From Octopus vulgaris (Eukaryota): DNA of 64,000 nucleotides. Shown in pieces: positions 49,585-61,397 of the stretch; position 1 is the stretch's first letter; each line of letters begins with the position of its first letter. Location of the stretch: contig OX597818.1 in NCBI GenBank assembly GCA_951406725.2, positions 28,086,001 through 28,150,000 on the forward strand, in the 5' to 3' direction. Below the pieces are notes generated by a model, which saw only the letters and a program-made list of their open reading frames with translations, was not told the DNA's origin and did not search any database. The position numbers and the translations under genes are program-made.

Positions 49585-52500
49585 TGTTGTAACATAGTTA
49601 CTCATTGCCAGATGTAATGTAATTTGTTACCACGACCTTCAAACTGTAGGTCTCACCGAGGAAATGACCAGAGACCGAGACCTTTGGAAGTATGCTGTGC
49701 ATGGGAAGACCCGGCAGGACAAGTGAGACCATAACCCGTGGCCTCTACCTGGGATGTAGCCAGCCCACTTATGCATACCTTTCCTTCTTGTGACACAAAC
49801 CCTACTTGTGAAGACCTGTTGAGGCAAGTGAAAATCAAAATCGAAATCGTTCAACATCAATGGAAATTGTAGCTGTGATGCCAGTGCCAGTGGCATGTAA
49901 AAAGCACCATCCGATCATGGCTGTTTGTCAGCCTCGTCTGGCACATGTGCCGGTAGCACATAAAAAGCACCCACTACACTCACGGAGTGGTAGGCGTTAG
50001 GAAGGGCATCCAGCTGTAGAAACACTGCCAGGTCAGACTGGGTCTGGCGCAGCCTTCTGGCTTCCCAGACCCCAGTTGAACCGTCCAAACCATGCTAGCA
50101 TGGAAAACGGACGTTAAACAATGATGATGATGATGAATAAATAAGATAACCAGATAACAGTAAAAACAATGTAATGAACTAACAAATCTCTTTATGAACA
50201 AACAATCAATATTTCTTGTGAACTAACCAACCAACACCATCTGACTTCACTGTGAACTAACACAAACTTCACTTGACTCCAAACTCCAGACCTTAAACTC
50301 AGATCATCACTATTTTTATATTTTACTCGGACCAGCCGATCTCTCAAAAACGGGGCACCATAACTCTCATCACATCTCCCATTCTGAGATTTCGACTACT
50401 GTGAGAAAGTGGAATTTCTTTCTCCATTTTTTTTCCAGCACCCCTCCCTCTTTTTTTTTATTGCTTTTGTATCTTAACTGTTGTCCAACTTTTAAGATAG
50501 CATTGTTTGTTGCGCACAACATGTTTACTTTTCATTGTATTAAGCAATCTCATTCTTTCCCCCACTTTTTTTTTTTTGAAAATTTAATATCTTTTTCGTT
50601 TAGGGATTACTTCTAGATATTCAGGCTGTTTTTGTTTTCTGAAGCTAGTTCTATGGGGTTCAATATCTCTCAGTGCTGGCTCTTCAAACATATCATAGAA
50701 GACTTCCATTGGCATTACCCTTCGTTTTTTTTTGTATGTTTTATCTTTAACTGGTTAAGCTGTCTCTTGTGTTCCAAACATTGTCCTTTAATTAAATATA
50801 CCATGTTACCTAATCTTTTGATTACACAGCCATCCTCCAAACCTTCTTTACCATTTTTGTAATTTTTAAAATTAACTTTATCTTCTACTTCGAAATGTAA
50901 TATTTCTTGTATTTCCTTCAAATGTATTTTTTGTCTTTCCTTTATATGTATTTTTCCTGGCAATAATTTATCAAAAATTGATTTTATTTTATGCACGAAC
51001 ATTAACTTAACTGAATTAGCATTTGGATTTGGCTTTATTCTGTATACTCTCAAAAATTTCGTTTGTGCCTTGTTATTATCTAGCTTGTTTCTAATTTTTC
51101 TTAGACCTCTTTTGAACCTGTTGACAAATCTTTCTGCCTGCCCATTTGACCTCAGGTGGTAAGGTGGGGTAAAAATGTGCTTTGTGGCATGTATTTTGCA
51201 GAAATTTCTCAATTTATATTCCATGAATTGTGTTCCATTATCTGAAACTAACATATCTGGAACACTGCATCAAGCAAATAACTCAAGTAGGAACTTTATG
51301 GTTGTACTTGCTGTGAGTTTCTTACATCTGCATACCTCTGGCCACTTTGTATAGCTATCCACAACAATTTGATAGTATGCACCAATCACTGGTCCTGTGT
51401 GGTCAATATGTATCCTGGACCATGGGCTCTCAGTTTTTGGGCATAGACCTAGTTTGTCCAAGAGTACTTGTGGAAACATTTAAAAAAATTTTTTCTTTAA
51501 CTCTTCAGACAGATTATTTTTAGAGGGACAATCATTTTTGTTTTTACAATAGAGATTTATGGGGAGGTCCCATAAATCAAATTCTAACCAATCAGTACCA
51601 AACAGATCGGTTACATTTTTAATGATGAAGACTTTCACCTTGCATGTTTTCCCTTGAAATGTAACATCAGTCCACATTTTGCCTATGAAATGTAACTTGT
51701 CACCTGGTATGCTATGAGCAGATTTTGCTGTTTTTCTCAACATAGGTTTCCCTATTTTCTTCCGTGTGTCCATATTTACTATTGAAATATCATTTCCAGT
51801 ATTCAATTGAAGTTTAGTATGTATTCCATATATTTTTATGTGTACAAATTTTCTTGTTTGGGAGTCAATTTTTGTTTCTGCTGAGAGCACATTAGGACCT
51901 TTGAAATTTTGTTCTCCCATGTGAACTCATGCAACCATTTCTTTTGCAACTGTAACATTTTTGATTTTTAAATGGACAGTCTTTTCTTAAATGTATACCC
52001 CCACATCCATAACATGGATTAGGACGTGGTGCTCTTTTCTAGTTATACTTTTCTGGTTGGCATATTTGTATTTTTGAGGAATCCTTTTCTAGAATTTTTT
52101 CTACATCATGTTTCAGGTTTACCATTCTTTGGCATTCTTCTGCCATAGACTGTAAAGTCAGATCTATATTCATTTGTTCTAATAAAGAAAGAATTTTTGC
52201 TTGAATTTCTGTATCTTTGCTTGCTGTTAGACCTTGTACGAAAATAAGATACTTGAACATCTCAGGTGTAAGTACTTTGAGTTTAAAACTTTCACACATC
52301 CTGTTGACTGTTCCTGTGTATGTGATAAAATCATCATTCTCTTTTTTCATTATATTGCAATACCCCATTCGGGTGTTAAATAGAGAAGTTTTATCACCGA
52401 ATATGTTAGGCAGTAATTCTATTGTTTCTTTAAAACAAATGTCATCGAGATTTTTGAGCAATATGAAATTACAGTAATGTTCATGCTTTAACAGAGGTAA

Positions 52501-53126
52501 TTTTTGCAATAACAATCTCACTTTTTTCGTCTGCTCATGATTTACAATCTTGCTCAAAAATCTCATACCTTCTGTAGTATGATGCAAAAGTTATACCCTC
52601 CTCTGGGTTATAACTGAATTCATCAATCGAGTTTGAAATGCTGTCTGGCAAAAACAAACTAACCTCATTTTTGAACTTTGAATATAGCTCCAATAATTGT
52701 TGTTGTAATTGTTGCTGTAATAGTTGCTTCTGCAGCACCTGTTACTACTCTTGTTGCTTTTGCAACTGTGCAATGGAAGCTAATAGGTCTTCCATTATTT
52801 CATAAGTTATTTCATGAACAAATTGTTGAATAACCTATATGAGCTTCAAAACACTCATTGCTAGATATTCTAACATAATTTGTTATGTACAATAAATGAG
52901 ATAACCAGTCAGTGGTAATAACAATGTAACAAACTAACAAATCTCTTTATGAACCAACAATCAATATTTCTTTTGAACTAACCAACCGACAACTTCCAAC
53001 TTCACTATGAACTTAAATGAACTTCACTCAACTCCAAACTCTGAACTCACTTAGAATGTTACTATTTATACATTACTCTGACCAGTCTATCTCTCACAAA
53101 GGGTCATCGTAACTCTCATCACAACA
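49585..53126 (-). mobile_element. Gypsy LTR retrotransposon, RT/RNase H deleted, 5-bp TSD
   Basis: TGTTGT..ACAACA termini, TSD CAGGC (49580-49584, 53127-53131), diverged LTRs ~49585-50374 and ~52854-53126, polypurine tract at ~50375-50385. Gag from 52795, protease LNTGNDISI, integrase PWSRIHID..VVDSYTKWPE..SDNGTQF..PPYH..SNGQAERFV. Confidence 0.92.
49637..50136 (+). mobile_element. RTE 3'-end fragment nested in the Gypsy LTR
   Basis: ORF tail (LWKYAV..K*), full 3' UTR and (GAT)n tail interrupting the LTR relative to the LTR at 52876-52900. Confidence 0.92.
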
Positions 53127-54077
53127 CAGGCATTTGGCAGTGTTTGATACCATGGAGCTCACAAGTTGGATATCATCATACCTGTATGATGTTATATTCT
53201 ACACTGAAATGAATGTCCTCAATATGTGCATAGTAATGCAATTTGATCTTTGTGTGTCAAGATACCTGGCCTTAGATGTACAAAACTGCATTCAAACAGT
53301 AGAAACATAGAAAATGATGAATTCAGTGTCCTTAGAGTTTCAATTAGCTTGCTAGAAGTAGACAAGTAGTTAAAATGATGAGTGCGAGTAGAACAAGTGA
53401 TTGAATTGAAACTTGGATTAGAATAGAATACAAAGAAGTTCTGAAATTTTCTTCCCTTATTAAGAACAAAAGAATTTTTAGTTTCATGTGAAAGGCAAAT
53501 GGCATGGAGCATTTGTGAGGAATTGAAATGATGTGTGAAAGAATGATATGAACATTGGTTAGGAATGGAATTAATATCATTTGTTGGATGTGCAATACTA
53601 ACGTGTATCATTGATTAGGTGAGAGTTGAGAAATTGATTGATTTCAGTGGATGTATTATGGAAAACCATTTTTGTTAGATTAGTTATGCCATAGAAAAGA
53701 AAATGAAAGTAGAATGAAAAGATGGTATAAGAACACAATGAGGAAAAACTATAAAGAAACTTTCATGTTTGATCTGAAAACATTAAGCCTTATAATGCAT
53801 TACTATAATCAATATAGAACATAGATACAGTCTTATTTTTGGGCAACACTTTGTGTTACAATGATTGTAAACAAATTGTCTGTACAATATCTGTGCTGAT
53901 ATAAAAAGGGTGTACAACTGTATGTGCATTTTTATTGTTTTTGAAGTTTTCAGCAGCAACTGTGTATCCCAGTGTCTATTGACCTTACAATACAAGACAA
54001 TAATTTTTGAAAAATTCTTCATAACCTTTTATCTTATTAATGTAATAATGCAAAGTCTTTTTAATATATCTTTTCAG

Positions 54078-54182
54078 AAATTATGGAACTCTCTTTGGGA
54101 ATGATTATTGGTTGCAGTGTAGGAACTGTATTATTATTAATAATTGTGGGGCTTCTTGCTTATAAATGCCACAAAATAAGAG
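54078..54182 (+). CDS. IgSF receptor transmembrane exon
   Basis: Acceptor cttttcAG|54078, donor 54182|GTTGGT, 105 nt, in frame with exon 7. EIMELSLGMIIGCSVGTVLLLIIVGLLAYKCHKIR is a hydrophobic helix followed by a basic stop-transfer segment. Confidence 0.85.
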
Positions 54183-55060
54183 GTTGGTATGTTTTACACA
54201 TTATAAAGGTTTGTTAATTATATTGAGATATATAGTCTTAAAACTCCTCTACCTGACTGTGGTTAAATAGACATTGAAATCTGTGTGTGTGTGTGAATCT
54301 ATGCTGTTAGTGTTGAGTGTTGGAAGTACAATAGTAGGGATTTAATATATTTCATTTGGATCAAGTCAGTCCCTTGCTACTCAGGGGTTTTGCCATTTAG
54401 TGCACATGGATGAATTTCTAGAGTAACAAGAAAATGACTTGACCAATACATACATATATGCATACATACGTATATGCATACATACATACATATGTGTATA
54501 TATATATGTATATGCATACATACATATGTATATATATATGTATATGCATACATACATTTGTATATATATATGTATATGCATACATATATATATAAAAAAA
54601 TACAAACTGGGACAAGAACGCAAAACATTTAGAAGGTGATACAAAAAACACGGACGAGACATTCGAAGCCTTCAATCTTCAGTCAAGAGCCGGATCATTC
54701 TCGCAATTTTGGCTGATTAATCTTTAGATTGCTCCAATCTGGCCAGCCCCTAGGAAAAACTAAGCTAATCGCATTAGATTCCTTGGAAAAAAGCTTTGAA
54801 TGTATACAAAACAAGGACGGAAAAACAGATGGTGTTACACGAATATGAATACAAAAATCATCATCATCATCATCATTGTTTAGCGTCTGCTTTCCATGCT
54901 AGCATGGTCATAGTCCTAGTGCATGTATATATATGTATATATATATGTGTACATATTACATGTACATCTATCTATATATATACATCTACACATAAAATAC
55001 AAAATACAAAGTTATATCTTGATATCACTAGTGATAACAATACTCAAAATATATAACAGA

Positions 55061-56240
55061 CTAGAATTGTAGGCCCGTATCTTGCAATTTCGATCAATTG
55101 TATCTTGTACTCCCTCTTGTATAGAAGTGTGGCTACAATCCAGCCTACCTCTACTTCTTGGGGGACATTTTAAATTTTTATCCGGGACGTCCTACGTCCC
55201 AGATATAAAGGTAAAAATAAAATATTTCCACTTTGCAAGGTTCAAGTCGAGTGCTCCCTTGCACGCTCTGTTAACTTGAACCTTGCTTCTATTGTGGCGA
55301 ACTTACCGCCTCTAGTTAGATATCTTTCATAGTCGCCCCAGACACTTTTCGATGGTGCTTTCCTCCAGGTGTTCAAATCTTTTTTTTTTCTCTACATTGT
55401 ATACTTTATAGACAATAGTCTTTTCTTTAATTTAATTTTTTATTTCGTTTGGTGGTGTGATCCTAGATTTACCGTCTTTGTCAGTGATCAATCCGTATTT
55501 CTTCCATTTTAATTTCAATGAGTTCGCGTCCACCGACAGCTGCAGCGAAATTCATTTTTGGACTTTCTTCTATCGAAGGCATTCTAACAAAAATGCTTCC
55601 GTGTAAACGGTGAAAATATTGTCAATTTCCCCAAACAGGGACACAATTCAAATTTTAAACAATAACCAAAGCTCCTTCTCCCAAAGGGGGAGGATTACAG
55701 TTTACAATTATTTAACAAATGCAACACAACAATATTTCCTTTATGAGGAACCAACAAACGTGATAACAATAGTTAAACAGTAATAATAATAACATCTGGA
55801 CTATTCCATTTCTGCACGCTAATTTTATTTTTAATTTATTTCCATTCATGTGAAACCACTTATTCAAGTTCAAGTCATTGATGCAATTTTATACCAATTG
55901 CTATTTTTACTTTTGTTATGTTACGATTATATTATACTTTAGTTTGATTTTAATTATTGCTTACTACATATAATTCAATTGTTATTATTATTTTTATTGT
56001 TAAAGTGAAAGTATCTGACATAAAGTAGAGAAATGTTTTTGTTTCACTTTTAACACGTAATACTGAAATAGTAGAGATGATATTGCTACGGGCTCGCTCT
56101 AGGCAAGAAGTTGAACATTTTTTTGCCCATGAAACTACATGGACCCTAAGTAAGGCATGTGTAAAATTTGAATGAAATTGGTTGTGTAGTTCTCAAGTTT
56201 TAGGGAAACACACAGACAGACAGACAGACACACATCCTCA

Positions 56241-56250
<10 letters not shown>
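55061..56250 (-). mobile_element. Helitron-type non-autonomous element
   Basis: a|CTAG at 55061. The right end acagacagacagacacacatcctcagttttatatata matches the 5'-end layout of the element at 15076-15472 and merges into (TA)n. Confidence 0.65.
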
Positions 56251-56299
<49 letters not shown>

Positions 56300-56354
56300 G
56301 TATATACATATGTATGCATGTATGTATGTATTGGTACGTACGTACATACATACA

Positions 56355-56710
56355 TGGGATATGTAACACACTGTCTAAATTCAAATCTTGAGAAATAAGG
56401 CTTCTCAAAACCAGAAAGGAGAAAGTTCATTCGAAGACTACAGATCCAAACTTCCTAGAAACTTCCTAGAAGTTTATCATTTAAGTATAGATGAGTATTT
56501 TGAGACATGCAACTGTATGCATGAGAATATATACATAAAACAAGTTATACAAATTTGCACATATGCATACATGCATGCATACAAAAATACCCTGTTGATA
56601 TTGTTGAAATTCTAGTGAAGGAGCTTTGGATTTAGGCTAGAAAGCAGCTCTTTCTCTATTGGCAAGAAATCTTGAAATAAAACAGAATAATGACATACAT
56701 GCATTCATAC
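56355..56710 (+). mobile_element. 3' fragment of an R4/Dong-like element
   Basis: Matches 59266-59640 (GYVTHCL..LEK.GFSKP and 3' UTR), flanked on both sides by (TACA)n-like repeats. Confidence 0.85.
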
Positions 56711-56780
56711 AGTCATAGCTGACCTGACTTCATCATGGGCTACCATCTTGAAATTAAACACAAAGAGTGATCATATTATA

Positions 56781-56942
56781 GACACAGGAGTGGCTGTGTG
56801 GTAAGAAGCTTGCTTTCCAACCACATGGTTCTGAGTTCAGTCTCACTGCGTGGCACCTTAGGTAAGTGTCTTCTACTACAGCCTCAGGCCAACCAAAGCC
56901 TTGTGAGTGGATTTGGTAGACAGAAACTGAAAGAAACCTATC

Positions 56943-57031
<89 letters not shown>

Positions 57032-57760
57032 TGTCTACTCTTCGAACCCCCCTTTTCAATACGCTATTTCACCATGCATTACCCCTCTCGTGATATCCTA
57101 CGTTCTACTTGTCTAGAACCTGTCATCGTTTCTCCGAACACCCCTCCCCACTGGTGCTCCCCTATATTTCTGCACCCTCCCCCCCACATAAAAAGCACCA
57201 TCCGAACGTGGCCGATGCCAGCACCGCCCCGACTGGCTTCTGTGCAGGTGGCACATAAAAAGCACCAACTGACCGTGGCCGATGCCAGACCCCTCTGGCA
57301 CCTGTGCAGGTGGCACGTAAAAAGCACCCACTACACTCGTGGAGTGGTTGGCGTTAGGAAGGGTATCCAGCTGTAGAAACACTGCCAGACCAGACTGGAG
57401 CCTGGGGCAGCCCCTGGCTCCCCAGACCCCGGTCGAAACCGTCCAACCCGTGCTAGCGCGGAAAACGGACGTTAAACGATGATGATGATGATGATGATGA
57501 TATATATATATATATATATATGTATATGTATGTATGTGTTTGTTGTTTGTGTCTGTGTTTATCCCCCCACCATCGTTTGACAACCGATGTTGGTGTGTTT
57601 ATGTCCCTATCATTTAGCAGTTTGGCAAAAAGAGACTGATAGAATAAGTACCAGGCTTACAAAGAATAAGTACTGGGGTTGATTTATTCGACTAAAGGTA
57701 GTGCTCCAGCATGGCTGAATTCAAATGACTGAAACAAATAGAAGAATAAAAGAGTAAAAG
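56781..57760 (+). mobile_element. tRNA/CORE-like SINE interrupted by (TA)n and an RTE 3' fragment (57185-57500)
   Basis: Head 56781-56940 and tail 57535-57760 match 4160-4545. The middle holds a young-looking RTE 3' UTR with (GAT)n tail. Confidence 0.85.
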
Positions 57761-57766
57761 GATATT

Positions 57767-59640
57767 ATGACTGATAGAGTACAGTATTGCAAAGACGTCT
57801 CTGTGATGTTGTTAATACTTTCTGTAAACTCCTTGTCATTCATGTTAAAGAATTCTGAAGGATATTTCACTGGTTCACGAGGAAACAGAAATATCAAAAT
57901 TACACACCGTTTCTTTATGGATGACTTGAAACTTTATGCAAAGAATATACATGAGATGAAAAAGAGCCTTGATGTAGTTGCAACATTCTCAAACAATATA
58001 GACTTGGAGTTTGGTCAAGATAAATGCATTTATGTGGCTGTGAAAAGGGGGAAAACTATAAACCAGACTAATAACATCTTCAATGATTTGGGTGTTTCTC
58101 CTATATCTGATGAGGAATGTTACAGGTGTTTAGGGGTGGATGAAAACATATCTTACAATGGCACTTGTAACAAAACATGTGTCACTGAAGAATATTACAG
58201 CTGAATAAAGACAATTTGGACCTCAGAACTCTCTGCATTCAATAAAGCAGTGGCCCACAACGTATTTGCATTGCTGGTAATCATACCAACATTTGGGCTG
58301 ATTGATCAGACGATTGATGAAATCTGAGTCATTGATGTGAAAACCTGAAAAATACTAACAAGCACACATAATTTTCACATAAACAGTGACGTAGATCACC
58401 TCTACCTAAAACAAAAACAAGGCAGTAGAGGTTTAACATTGATCCAAAATGCCTTTGAATGTCATATCAAATCCCTTCAGCAACATCTTTTAACCACCAA
58501 GTGTCAAAGTGCATCCCTTGACCAGGTTTGCATACATGAGGCTAATAACATCATAAGACTTGAAAGGCAGCTCCTTGAGCAACGTTCTTTGTCCGATAAC
58601 CTAGAATACATGCCCAAAGAAGTCACATGACTCTACTGCAACATATCAGATAAAAGGATGAGCTTATATGAGCAGAAGGCTATGCATGTATATATTAGTA
58701 GAAAGCTCTGAGATTATGGTAACATCGATTGTCATAGCAGTTTATCATGGGCCAATAATCAGATTATTACCTTCCACTCTGAAGGTATGCATTTGTAATC
58801 CAGGAACAGGAAATATCAATCAGGTACCTGATGCACAAAAGGGATAGACATGCAAGAAAAGCAATAAAATGTGACAACTGATGCAGACTTAGTGGAGTTA
58901 ACACCAAAGATATCACCCGCATCATAAGTAGTTGTCCAAACATCTACTGATGAGACATGATCTTGTAGCTAGGACACCCTATAATGAAATCCGTCTGAAG
59001 GATAATCTCAAGGATAAAGAAATAAGAACCCACAGTATGGTAGAAGCCAAAGCCACTCATAAAAAAAGGGAGTACAGGTGGAATGTCCCTGTAAAATGTA
59101 AGTACAACAGACCTGATATAATGATTTGGGATTAAGAAGAGAGACTGTGCACATAAAGCTGAAGATCAGTGAAAAAGAGAATACTTATGCTGAACTATTG
59201 AGAAATCTGCAGTTACTCTATCCAAATTGCAAGTTCAGGTTTATACCTATAATTATTAGGGCCCTGGGATATGTAACACACTGCCTAAATACCAATCTTG
59301 AGAAATTAGGCTTCTCAAAACCAGAAAGCAGAAAGCTAGTTCGATGACTACTGTTCCAGTCCATCACTAGAACTGTAAAAATTTGTAAAACTTTCCAGAA
59401 GTTTAGCATTTAAATATATATGAGCATGTTTAGATATGCAACTATTTGCATGAAAATACATACATAAAGCAAAAGGTAACAAATCTGCACATATACATAC
59501 ATACATCCCAAAAAATAGATCCTGTTGTTGATGTTGAAATTCCGATGAAGCAGCCTTGAATTTAGGTTAGAAACCAACACTTTATTGACAAGAATCTTTA
59601 AATAAAACTGAACAATGACATACATACATGCATACATACA
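57767..59640 (+). mobile_element. R4/Dong-like non-LTR retrotransposon, 5'-truncated and degenerate
   Basis: RT ITHRFFMDDLKLYAK..FGQDKC..YRCLG, then CCHC-knuckle remnant, RHDLVAR, RPDIMIWD restriction-like endonuclease and IIIRALG; 3' UTR ends in (TACA)n. Confidence 0.88.
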
Positions 59641-59649
59641 TACACATTT

Positions 59650-60350
59650 GCAATCCATGAACAAGAAATATCAACCAAATACCTGATGCACAAACGGGAG
59701 AGAGATGTAGGGAAAACACCAAAATGTGATAACTGATGCAGACCTTGTAGAGTTAACATCATAAGCAATCGTCTAAAATTGTCACCAGGGTATTATCTGC
59801 TGATAAGACATCATACTGTAGCCAGGACACTCTACAATGAGAACCACCGGATGGATAACTCTGAGGTCAAAGAAATAAAAACCCACAGTATGGTAGAGGG
59901 CATAGACAGTCATAATGAGAAGGAGTACAAGTGGAATGTCCTACTGAAAACCTCAATAAAATGTAAACATAATAGACCTAACATAGTGATTTGGGACAGA
60001 GAAGAGAAACTGTGTACTGTAATAGAAATCATCTGCCTAGTAGATGTTAACATAACGCTAAAGATCAGTGAAAATGAAAATACCTATGCTGAACTATCAA
60101 GAAATCTACAGTTATTCTATTCAGATTACAAGTTTAGGTTTATACCTGTAATTATTGGGATATTAGGTTATATAATACACTGTCTAAGTACCAATCTTGA
60201 GAAATCAGGCTTCTCAAAACCAGATCGGAAAAAGCTGATTCAAAGACTACAAATACGAGCCATCAGTGGAACTTTAAAAATTTGTAAAACTTTCCAGAAG
60301 TCTACCATTTAAGTATAAAGTCTTGAAATAAAACTTAATAATCACATACA
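59650..60350 (+). mobile_element. Second, head-to-tail 3' copy of the R4/Dong-like element
   Basis: ORF 59779-60312 RHHTVAR..HNRPNIVIWD..VIEI..K..Y..IIGILG parallels 58800-59412. Confidence 0.88.
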
Positions 60351-60505
60351 CACACACGTACATGTGTGCATATGTATATATTTATATATCTAAATCTATG
60401 TAAATATATATATATATATATAATCATTATTTGAGGGAATAAAATCCAAACTTACAAGGAAAAAAATTCAATTCAGAAATACTAAATCAAATTTCACTCA
60501 ATATA

Positions 60506-61397
60506 ATATATATATAAAAAAATTAGAAAAAAACCACCTTTTATCAATTCAAAATCAACAATTAAATTACACCATCAGAAAATTACATATAATAGAAAAG
60601 TTAAAATTAAAATAACAATAAAATGTAACGATTAAGTAAGTGCAAAAATAATAATAAAAACGTATATAATAGGTAGAAAAACGACACGTATTTCATGGCT
60701 ATATTTAAGAAATGATTAGAGTAGTAGAGAAATCACTTCGATATAAATATAGTCGCTCATCAGGTTAAAAATAAAATAGAACAATAAAATAATTAATTAA
60801 TAAATATACTTTAATATATATATATATATGTATATGAAAATCCTAAATTTACATAAGTGAAAAATAAATTAATACTTAAATAATTAAATACTTTAAAATT
60901 GAATAAAATCGCTATTATATTTTTTTAATACATTTTTATATATATTGATAGATATTACTTATAATAGATATTAATTATTATATATCTCTCTTTTTTTTAT
61001 TTAATATATTATATTATATATATATAGGTGGCTTTTGTATTTGTAATACTAAATTTAAGTTAATTAGGTATTATATTATTTGATATTTAATCAACTTTGT
61101 TATAGATTGTTATATTAAATCTATAGATACTACACATGTATATTTATTATATGGTTATATCGAAATGATTTCTCTACTACTATAATCATTTCTTAAATAT
61201 AGCTGCGAAACATGTGTCGTTTTTCTACCTATTATATACGTTATTATTATTATTTTTGCAATTTATTTAATCTTTACATTTTATTGTTATTTTAATTTTA
61301 ACTTTTCTATTATATGTAATTTTCTAAATGGTTTAATTTAATTGTTCATTTTGAATTGATAAAAGGTGGAGTTTTTTCTAATATTTTATATATATAT
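60506..61397. repeat. AT-rich inverted repeat (~240-bp arms) carrying a hammerhead motif
   Basis: 60506-60746 is the reverse complement of 61155-61397, with a ~410-bp very AT-rich spacer, bounded by (TA)n. Confidence 0.85.
60680..60766 (-). ncRNA. Hammerhead ribozyme motif with long stem II (partly decayed)
   Basis: Minus strand AAC CTGATGA GCGACTATATTTA..GAAGTGATT..AATCATTTC..TAAATATAGCCAT GAAA TACGTG TC GTT. The inverted half copy reads TAAATATAGCTGC GAAA CATGTG TC GTT (61194-61221). Confidence 0.65.

Noticed and set aside
54600-54850. Repeat between microsatellites with CTGAAGA and GGCTG/CAGCC hairpin on the minus strand
   Set aside because: Core motifs are not in hammerhead order or spacing; family left unassigned.
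54377-57376. ORFs rich in YI/CV/HT repeats (also 10587, 26525, 29780, 62282-63023)
   Set aside because: Stop-free frames produced by (TA)n, (TG)n and (TTA)n microsatellites.
59535-59585. CCGATGA..GAAAC in the R4-like 3' UTR as a hammerhead
   Set aside because: No G10.1-C11.1 closing pair, no stem I, and the paralogous copy near 56610 does not keep the core.
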